The notes beneath the pieces are model-generated. The model was given only the letters and a program-made list of their open reading frames with translations, searched no databases and was not told the origin of the DNA. From Octopus sinensis (lineage: Eukaryota), in NCBI RefSeq assembly GCF_006345805.1, contig NW_021823990.1, positions 1 to 19,042 on the forward strand: a DNA stretch of 19,042 nt, written 5' to 3'. Of this stretch, positions 1-8,612 are shown piece after piece (the first letter of the stretch is position 1; every line of letters starts with the position of its first letter). The position numbers and the translations under genes were made by a program.

Positions 1-595
1 AACAAAATAAGTTGATTTTAGGTGAAAGCAAACTGTTTTAGAATTTTTTTGAAATACCATCGATTATTTCACGAATGAACGTCCATTTATTTCCTATCGT
101 TTAAGAACGTTTGAGGGGGGAATCTTTGATATTTATTTTTCGCGTATTTCACACAACCAGATTCGTTTCGTTGCTGTACTTCCTTCATTTGACGCAACGA
201 AAGATTTCCTTCACTAAATCGAATAATTCATTCCCTCGAAAATATTTTGTTATATTCTTTGTTATTTTTTATTTTTTATATTCATCGTTTCAGTTCTCTT
301 TTTATTTCGTATTCCAATTCAATTTATATCTGATTCCACCCCAGTTTTTGTTTTCACCTATCATGGCGATCCTTTCTTTTCGATTCCCTATGTCGTTGCT
401 CCTTTCTCTTGCTCTTCTTTTTGAATTGATCTCCGAGACATTTCATTCTTTCTCTAATTCAACCTCTTTATTTCTATCTTCCTCATTTTCATATTCAACT
501 CTCTGTTTGTTTATTTCCTTCCTGCTTTATTTCCTTCTTTCCTTCTTTCCTTATTTCTTTCTTTCTTTGCTTCTTTCTGTCATTCACTCATGTTT

Positions 596-830
<235 letters not shown>

Positions 831-919
831 TTTCTGTCATTCTTTGTTTCTATCATTATACTTTCATATTTTGTTCTATTATCTCATACGCTGCCACAAA
901 CATCGCCTTCGCCCTTCCT

Positions 920-1690
920 CTTCCTCCGCCTTCCCCCTTCTCTTCCTCAACCTCTTCTTCTCCTTCATCTTCTCTCACTCTACATATAAATAAATATATG
1001 CGTGTGTGTTTATATGTATGCATATCTACTTCTTCTTCTTTTCTTCTTCTTCTTCTTCTTATTATTATTATATTATTATATTATTATTATTATTATTATT
1101 ATTATATCATTATTATTATTATAGTATTTTATTATATTATATATATTATAATCATCATCATCATTATTATTATATTATTATCTTATTATTATTATTATAT
1201 TATTTATTATCTATATTATTATTATATCATCATCATCATTATTATTATTATTATTATTATCCTTATTATTATTATTATAATTATTCTTATTATCATTATT
1301 ATTATTATCATCATCATCATTATTATTATTATATTATTATCTATGTTTGACTTTGGCTTATATTTGTACAAGTTGGCTCCAAGTATCACCCAGAGATCAA
1401 GAGACAACAGGGTTGGAAGTTCATGTTGTGTATATGCCTAGTGTGCCAATATTTATCATTATTATTATTATAATAATTATTATTATTATTATTATCATTA
1501 TATTATTATCATCATCATTATATATTTATTATTTCATTATTATTATATTATAAGTATTATTATCATATTATTAGTATCATCACATCATTATCATCATCAT
1601 TATTATTATTATTATTATATATTATTATTATATTACTATTATTATTATTATTAAATTATCATTATTACTATTATATTATTACTATATTTA
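920..1690. repeat. Compound trinucleotide microsatellite field (TTC)n/(ATT)n/(CAT)n, interrupted by a 110-bp insert at 1341-1450
   Basis: Direct reading of the repeat units. Confidence 0.95.
1341..1450 (-). mobile_element. 3'-UTR-only remnant of an R4/Dong-like LINE (copy 1), with its tail running into (TAA)n
   Basis: A complex 110-bp island inside an (ATT)n array. The minus strand ends ...CCAAAGTCAAACATAG-ATAATAAT. It carries the same hairpin architecture (1372-1408) at the same distance from the tail as the coding-supported Dong copies. There is no coding sequence, so the family assignment rests on the structure and on my recall of octopus LINE 3' ends. Confidence 0.6.
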
Positions 1691-2449
1691 TCGTGCACTA
1701 TATCGGTGCAGCTCGGTACAACCACATAAAACTGCTAATGATTGTTGGTATTATTAGAATGTAGCCGGCATAATTAAATAGGCGCTCTTTATGTTCACAC
1801 TCAAAAATATGTTCTCTAGACGAACGGAAAGGATATCTTTTAAGAATATAATTACAAAATTATTATTATAATGAAGGGAGGTAGAATTTCAGCGCCTAGA
1901 CGCTAGAAGTAGATGTCAGATACCTATGATCTACTCTAAGTGTTTAAATACTAGGTAAAGAGCAAGAAAATTTAGAAAGATTCGTATAATCCTATATCAT
2001 AAGATTTCATTCTCTGTAGTAAAGATTACTTTACACTCCTCAGTAGAGATATACCGACAATGTATAAGCGAAAAATACAAATGCATATACCGATAAATTT
2101 TTGCGTAAATCATGCAGTTCCCGCGTGAACGGTACATCTAATCGCACATCTCGGCCATGTGCTTGATGTCAGAAATCATGCGGGTTAAATGTAGTAACGC
2201 AGCATAATATAGTGACTACACAACTTATAAATTATTTATACATAAGAATTGCGGATACAATCATTAAGATCATTATATCAGTCGCTGGCGTGAAAAAGAA
2301 CAAACATATCGGTAAAATTAATGGCATTTCAGCGCCCTTAATTATAATTATATTTTTATAATTAAATACTTAAAAATTAATTTTACCGTTATGGTCTTTT
2401 TTTCTAAGCTAGTCACCGATATTAACATTTTAATGACTATGTCCTCAAT

Positions 2450-2454
2450 ATATA

Positions 2455-2487
<33 letters not shown>

Positions 2488-2500
2488 TTGTTTGTGTTTG
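2450..2500. repeat. (TA)n/(TG)n microsatellite
   Basis: Direct reading. Confidence 0.95.
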
Positions 2501-2502
2501 TA

Positions 2503-2561
2503 ACTATGCCGTAAAGTAAATTCGGTAGAGGGAAACTGTGTGGAAGCTTGTCAATTATATA
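2503..2561 (+). mobile_element. Left part of a SINE (second family) split by the mariner insertion
   Basis: TTCGGTAGAGGGAAACTGTGTGGAAGCTTGTC resembles the recalled octopus SINE internal segment (..TTGGTAGACGGAAACTG..GAAGCCCGTCGTATATA), which is normally followed by a (TA)/(TG) tract. The continuation lies at 3481-3706. Confidence 0.55.
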
Positions 2562-3480
2562 TTCGGTCATTCCATAAATAATGCAGCTTTTTTTAATTGC
2601 ATGAACTAAAAGTCGGAGGCGGGACGGGATAAACTACCTGCATGAACTTCCTATAAAAACAGCTAGTAATCTAAACTTACTCTTAGTGCAAATTTTGAAG
2701 AGTGCAGTCCGATTTTAACAAAGCTCTAATGGAAGTGACAAAAATGTATATTTGGCATATTTTGCTTCATGACTTCAATAAAGGCAACAACGCGATGGAA
2801 AGTGCGAAGAATATTATTGCAGTGCATGAAGATCACACAATAAGCTGTCACGTCTCACGAATCAGACCTTTATAAAAATGCCAAGCGCCGAAGACAGTGG
2901 GTAGAGAAACGAGAAACACTGGCACTCCACGTAGGGTGTTGTTATCTGTTTGGTGGGATATGAAAGATTTATTTCACTTTGAACTTTTAATCCGAAACCA
3001 AACGATAACAAAGGAGATCTACTGCGAGCAGCTTGAGCAGCTTAAATCAGTGCTAGAAAGAAAACAACCATTTTTGGTTTCAAGACGAAAGATGTTCTTC
3101 CATCAGGATAATGCTCGGCCACATACAGGGAGGATGGCATTCCCAAGCTTGTAGCAGTTTGAATGGGAAACGATACCCCACCCACCATATTCTTCGGACA
3201 TTACCCCTTTTGATTATCATTTATTCCGCAGTCTTCAAAATCATCTGGATGGAAACAATATGAATTGTGTAGACGAGGTCAGAACAGTACTGGAGGAGCA
3301 TTTTTTGTCACAGAAAAGGGAATCTTGGCAGAAGAGGCCTTGCAATTCTACCAGATAGATGGAAGAGCCTTGTAGAAAATGAAGGAGAGTATATTTTAGA
3401 TTAAAAAATAATTTTATTTATCTTAATTTTAAAACATAAAAGAAGTATAAAAAAACTGAATTATTTACGGGATTACCCAG
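2562..3480 (+). mobile_element. Mariner (DD34D) DNA transposon, internally deleted, non-autonomous
   Basis: Imperfect TIRs TTCGGTCATTCCATAAATAATGCAGCTTTTT (from 2562) and AAAAAACTGAATTATTTACGGGATTACCCAG (to 3480) match at 24/31 positions by eye. TA flanks both ends (2560-2561, 3481-3482), and transposase remnants lie inside. Confidence 0.92.
2729..3404 (+). pseudogene. Mariner transposase pseudogene
   Basis: N-terminus MEVTKMYIWHILLHDFNKGNNAMESAKNI (ATG 2729), then a large deletion around 2850, then VLLSVWWD, FHQDNARPHT (D at 3107) and HPPYSSDITPFDYHLFRSLQ (D at 3212). That gives 34 intervening codons, i.e. DD34D. There is an in-frame TAG at 3152-3154, and the C-terminus ENEGEYILD* ends at 3404. 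Confidence 0.92.
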
Positions 3481-3706
3481 TATATGAATATATGTGTATG
3501 GTTGTATTTGTGTTTGTTTGACATAATATCGGCTGAAAACTGGTGTTCGTTTGTTGAAGTTCCCCTCGTAACATACTGGTACCGCAAAATATAGAATAAG
3601 TATCAAAAGTCAAAAGTAAGTTCCGGGGTTTATTTGTTCGACTAAACCCTTGGAAATATTGCTGCAGCATGGTCGTGTCACCATGACTAAATCCAGTAAT
3701 AGATGA
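3481..3706 (+). mobile_element. Right part of the split SINE (second family), decayed
   Basis: A (TA)/(TG) tract, then ...ATAGAATAAGTA...AAGTTCCGGGGTTTATTTGTTCGACTAAACCC...TGCAGCATGGTCGTGTCACCATGACTAAATCCAGTAATAGA. This resembles the recalled octopus SINE 3' end (GCTCCAGCATGGCCGCAGTCAAATGACTGAAACAAGTAAAAGA). Recognition is from memory. Confidence 0.6.
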
Positions 3707-3994
3707 TACAATGTCTTTATTACTTCTCGCTTACATGAGTTGACGCTGTACTTTTATGTTTCAGCCTGGTGCTTTCTTCATAGGTGTATTGGTTCCATCT
3801 GCTGAGATTGCGTGTATGTTGTGCTATAGGTCTGAAAAGGTAGATGAAGGGCTTGGTTTGTTTTTGTTTGGAGCAGAATCCTTTTTACAAAAACACTTCA
3901 GACTGGAAACATATTTATGAACACCATCCCATCTACTTAGTGTTCGATGTGGCTGTTTTCATATTCCATTATGCTGTGTGAGTGAATATATACA

Positions 3995-4041
3995 ATACAG
4001 GGATAGATAAATAGATCAATAGACAAATAGATTGATAAAGG

Positions 4042-4086
<45 letters not shown>

Positions 4087-4151
4087 TTAAATAGATAGAG
4101 AGGGGGTGGTATATAAATAGATAAATAGAGGATAGATAACTGGATAAATGG

Positions 4152-4218
<67 letters not shown>

Positions 4219-4460
4219 TGGAAATGGGAATACAGATAAATAGCTGTACGTATGATAAACTTGTATAAGTATGTATGTATGAATATATATATGTGTATAT
4301 ATATATATTATATATATATATATATATATATTACACACATATTTTTGTATATCTATATATACACATATACATACGTATATGTATATCTATATATACACAT
4401 ATATACACACACACACACATATATATATATTTATCTGTGTATAAAATCTATGTACACAAA
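3995..4460. repeat. Compound microsatellite (GATA)n, (TA)n, (GA)n, (CA)n
   Basis: Direct reading. Confidence 0.95.
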
Positions 4461-4621
4461 TGTAAATATAGAGCTTCATGAACGTTTTATAAGCAAAAGC
4501 AATAGATGAAGTAAAGAATGTTCTATACTCTTTGAATCTGCAGCTTCTGGAGTGGCAACACTGGGACACATGCAGCGGAATAAAGATAAAAGCTATTGTT
4601 AAAAAAATCTGGCTTCCTAAT

Positions 4622-4860
4622 TATTCTTATTTCTTTATTGCCTACAGGGGGCTAAACATGGAGGGGATAAACAATGGCAGACTTAGGGATTAAGTCGATT
4701 ACATCAACCCCCGTGCGTAACTGGTACTTAATTTATCGACCCCAAAAGGATGAAAGGCAAAGTCGACCTCGGCGAAATTTGAACTCAGAAAATAACGGTA
4801 GACAAAACAACGCTAAGTGTTTCGCCCTGCGTCCTAACGATTCTGCCAGTTCGCCGTCCT
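4622..4860 (-). mobile_element. Near full-length tRNA-derived SINE (first family)
   Basis: The minus strand reads AGGACGGCGAACTGGCAGAATCGTTAG (A-box-like) ... GAGTTCAAATTTC (B-box-like) ... GTCGACTTTGCCTTTCATCCTTTTGGGGTCGATAAATTAAGTACCAG (central domain, Meta-SINE-like by recall) and then an A-rich tail. Homologous copies lie at 5584-5800 and 6394-6709. A possible 6-bp TSD TCCTAA sits at 4615-4620 and 4857-4862. Confidence 0.9.
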
Positions 4861-5490
4861 AACTACAAATAATGCAATAAAACCTGCAATATAAACAAAT
4901 AAGAAGGAACATCACTGATATCTCTGCCATACGTGAATCAATATGCATTCTTCAAAACTCTCGTCCCACGTCTTCTCAATATTCGAAGTCTAACGATCGT
5001 CATTTTCTTATATGAATTTCAAGCGCTCTAAAATATTATAATGTTCTTTGAAACCTTCTCGAGGAACGAAGTTTTGGCTGAAGTCATTTCACCCCAGTTG
5101 AACTTGTCTAAGAGTGCAAATGAAAGAGAGCTCTGTTTAAATTCGTGACCTAAAATATATATTTAGGTGAAAGAAACAATAATATTCTTAAAACTAATGT
5201 AAAAAATGTCATATTTAACAATATCATTATCCATTAAATTTGGAAACCATTTTCACATATATGAAAAAAATAAAAACTATATTTTGAATGCGTATAATAT
5301 TTTCCTGTCTACACATATAAATATAATTTAATCACTATAATTTCTTTCAAAACTAATCCCAAAAAATAATAAAGAAGGAAATTACAACATTTAAATGGGT
5401 AAGAATTGTTGTATGAATGAGATAAAAACAGCAATCGAAGGAACATGATTCGGAGCCTTCTTGTCGTTGTGTTATTATCTAAATTCTGCA

Positions 5491-5545
5491 GGGCGGCGAT
5501 CTGGCAGAATTTTTAGAGCGACGGATAAAAAACCGGAATTTCTTC
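5491..5545 (+). mobile_element. Isolated SINE head fragment
   Basis: GGGCGGCGATCTGGCAGAATT matches the head of the 4622-4860 SINE and then diverges. Confidence 0.6.
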
Positions 5546-5583
5546 TCATCGATTTTCTTGTTGTATTATCTCTATTCGCCTGA

Positions 5584-5800
5584 AGGTGGCGGACTGACAG
5601 AATTGTTTGCAAAACGGACAAAAATGCTTAGCGGCATTTTAGCGGCTCTTTTTTCATTTTGAGTTCAAATTCAGCTGAGGTCGGCTTTTGATTTTCATCC
5701 TTTTGGAATCAATAAATTACAGGTCCATAACGAAGCCGATCTAGTTGATATGCCCCACCACTCAAAATTGGTAGATTTGTGCCCACATTATAAAGAATTA
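5584..5800 (+). mobile_element. Decayed tRNA-derived SINE related to the first family, with a different tail
   Basis: AGGTGGCGGACTGACAGAATTG...AAAATGCTTAGCGGCATT...GAGTTCAAATTCAGCTGAGGTCGGCTTTTGATTTTCATCCTTTTGGAATCAATAAATTA is collinear with the reverse complement of 4622-4860. Confidence 0.8.
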
Positions 5801-5974
5801 TTTAATATAACAAGATACTATAGTACATTGCAGTATATTTGTTAAAGGGTCTCGCGATTTATTTTCTCTTATTCTAATTTAAAGTGAAATGGCTGCGCTC
5901 AAATTCATCTTAACACACTAACGACGGAGCGTGTTTCAATGGTTATAGCATATAACATGAATGCAAAAGAAACA

Positions 5975-6393
5975 AGACAACAGCAACTTTCTCTCAACGA
6001 TTAGCCAGAGATGATTTCTAAAATGAAAATATCTGAAATAAACTCGATTGCCCTCTCAAACGAGAATACTAAAAATGAACCCAACCGCTCTCAAAAATTA
6101 AGTTTAAAGAACGGTAAGATAATCCAGAATCCTTGTCCGGTATATGATCGATCCCAATGATAGTCATGGAATGTGATTGTGGCTATGGAACATTTAGTAA
6201 CAGCATTACTAATTTATTTTCATCTAATACAAGCCAATGTTAATAAATTCACCTTTCAAAATAGTTACAGCCTAAAGGGAGATAATTGAGAAAGACTTGA
6301 AAGTTAACGTAAGATCATAAGCATGTAAACTAAATATAAGAAATAATCCAGAATCCTTCCCGGTACCGGATCGATCCTAAAATCAAATCAGTT
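5975..6393. mobile_element. Fragments of an interspersed repeat (possibly a non-autonomous Helitron/Helentron-like family), with a duplicated 38-bp segment
   Basis: ATAATCCAGAATCCTTGTCCGGTATATGATCGATCCCAA (6119-6157) recurs as ATAATCCAGAATCCTTCCCGGTACCGGATCGATCCTAA (6343-6380). The segment 5990-6157 resembles a common octopus repeat as I recall it. Its diagnostic terminal hairpin is absent here, so the class is tentative. Confidence 0.4.
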
Positions 6394-6500
6394 CGACCCC
6401 AGTACGCAACTGGTACTTAATTTATCGACTCCAAAGGGATGAACAACAAAGCCGACCTCCGCGGAATTTGAACTCAGAACGTAAAGACAGTCGAAATACC
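6394..6500 (-). mobile_element. SINE first family, central portion only (head and tail missing)
   Basis: GACCCCAGTACGCAACTGGTACTTAATTTATCGAC...GGAATTTGAACTCAGAACGTAAAGACAGTCGAAATACC is homologous to about 4707-4810. Confidence 0.88.
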
Positions 6501-6709
6501 AATTTCTTTACTACCAACACAGAGAGGGTAAACAAGGACAGACAAACGGATGAAGTCGATTATTACGACACCAGTGCGTAACTGGTACTTATTTAATTGA
6601 ACCCGAAAAGATGAAAGGCAAGGTCGACCTCGGCGGAATTTGAACTGAGAACGTAACGGCAGACGAAATACCGCTTATCATTTCGTCCAGCATGCTAACG
6701 TTTCTGGCA
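6501..6709 (-). mobile_element. SINE first family, near full-length, tail joined directly to the previous copy
   Basis: Tail ATTTCTTTACTACC..., body GTGCGTAACTGGTACTT...GATGAAAGGCAAGGTCGACCTCGGCGGAATTTGAACTGAGAAC, and head ...CATGCTAACGTTTCTGGCA. About 10 nt of the 5' head is missing. Confidence 0.9.
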
Positions 6710-6727
6710 ATAAAAAAAAGCTTCAAT

Positions 6728-6830
6728 AACTGTTACCCAAAGTTTCACGTGACCGTTTATTCGTCAGACTGTTCTGTAAGTTCAGTATTTTCACACCTGC
6801 CTGATGAACAGTCACAGAGAACTTAGACTA
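6728..6830. other. Degenerate inverted pair of hammerhead-ribozyme-like cores (possible Penelope-like pLTR remnant)
   Basis: Minus strand: AACAGT-CTGACGA-(ATAA)-ACG GTCA CGT-GAAA-C TTTGG G-TA-ACAGTT. Plus strand: CTGATGA-ACAGTCACAGA-GAAC at 6801-6822. Neither copy is perfect. Confidence 0.35.
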
Positions 6831-7339
6831 ACATTTTGCGAAGATCTTTCAGCTTTAATAAAATAGCATATTTATATATATGCGCACATTCAACCACACA
6901 CACATGCATATATGTATAAAGATATATTCATATAAATATCTGAGCTATAGAACGAACAATAATACATATTATAAGGTAGTAAAATGAGCGAGAGAACGAG
7001 ATATCAGACTTAGAGAGGGAGAAGGCAGAGACAGACCAGTGTTATCATGCCTTAAGATAAAACTGTACTATAATAAAGAGGTGAACTACATTGGTTCCTG
7101 TGTCCGTTAATGACCTTTACCTATAAATCTAAGTATGTTCTTTCCTTCGGCATGGAAATTAACTTTAGAAATGTATTCTTAATTTCTTAAAAAATCTCCC
7201 ATATACTTTCAGACTTACAAGCAATTGTCACTTATAAATGCCGCTTTTTGTTTTCCTGTATCGTATTCAGGGGGAATTTACGATAAATTACGAATATATT
7301 GTTTATCGTATCTTACTTACAATATTGGTCATTAACAAT

Positions 7340-7465
7340 CTTACATAAACACATACATACATGTTCACAGGAACACACGCATGCACACACATGCATATAT
7401 GTCGGTCAAAGAAGCACATGTGTATATGTGTGTATGGACATATATATAAATGCATATTAATATAA

Positions 7466-7516
<51 letters not shown>

Positions 7517-7620
7517 GATACATCACTGTCTCTCTCTTTCTCTCTTTATATATATATGTATGTATACACGTATATCTGTATATACACATATATAATTCTG
7601 TGTCTACGTGTGCCTGTGTG
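7340..7620. repeat. (CA)n/(TA)n microsatellite field
   Basis: Direct reading. Confidence 0.9.
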
Positions 7621-7727
7621 TGCCTATTAATATAATGATATATTTGGGGACGGTCATTTTGCCAATAAACACGAACTGTTTATTTAATCTTCACCACACG
7701 CACTATTTATTTGATCTTGACTTTTGT

Positions 7728-7734
7728 ATTATTA

Positions 7735-7813
<79 letters not shown>
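7728..7813. repeat. (ATT)n microsatellite
   Basis: Direct reading. Confidence 0.95.
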
Positions 7814-7814
<1 letters not shown>

Positions 7815-8429
7815 GTCAATTTTTCAGAGATTCTTTTCCTCATGTTCTATAAACTTATCAATGACTAACTGTCATTTGAGGAATACAGATTTGAGGAATA
7901 CAGAAAGAAAACAATAAGGAGTAGGTAGAGTAGCAGCAACAGAACAGTGACGCTCATTTTCAGTAATCTTTCGGCAAAAGGAACTCCATGAACGTTAAAT
8001 AAACTAAAATCTCAATCAATTAAAAAAAGAGGAAACCAACTAAAAAATTAATCAATAAGAAAGAAAGAAGAACTTTCATATTATTACAATATTAAAACGT
8101 TAAGGCATAAACAAAATAGATTTAATTGTATCATTTGCCAATACAATTTCCAAGAATTTTCACATCCATTCATTTATAATTTGCGTAGATATTTTGTGAT
8201 ATATTTTGCCATTTGAAATATTTAAAAATATTTTCTTGTATTAGAAATAACCGGTGAGTGATTTATCTACATTCAATATCTGTGAGAAATCTCAGTCTGC
8301 CAGTATGAATATTTCTTTTATATTTCATTGCAGTTATTTCTTCCTCCTTATTCAAATCCTCGTCGTCCATCTATAAAATATACAGACATACAGACATTTA
8401 TACAACTAAGCTATCGTTATAAATAGGTA

Positions 8430-8544
8430 AATATATATACAGATGTGTGTGTATGCATGTATGTATATAAATATATATGTATATATATTACACACACACA
8501 CGCACATACATATATATATAAATATATATATATATATTATATAT

Positions 8545-8612
<68 letters not shown>
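8430..8612. repeat. (TA)n-rich microsatellite, the target of the Tc1 insertion
   Basis: Direct reading. It ends in TA (8611-8612) immediately before the putative Tc1 left end. Confidence 0.92.

Noticed and set aside
166-201. 9-bp inverted repeat TTTCGTTGC...GCAACGAAA
   Set aside because: It is a single short stem with no supporting context and is expected by chance in 19 kb.
4770-4860. tRNA gene at the SINE heads (also about 5584-5680 and 6630-6709)
   Set aside because: A/B-box-like motifs are present, but no cloverleaf is evident and the sequence continues into SINE body and tail.
4674-4862. 62-aa ORF MADLGIKSITSTPVRNWY...
   Set aside because: It is the antisense reading of a SINE.
4932-5149. 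Possible minus-strand exon (TATTTTAG|...|GTATGG)
   Set aside because: All three frames contain stops between these sites, and no peptide is recognisable.
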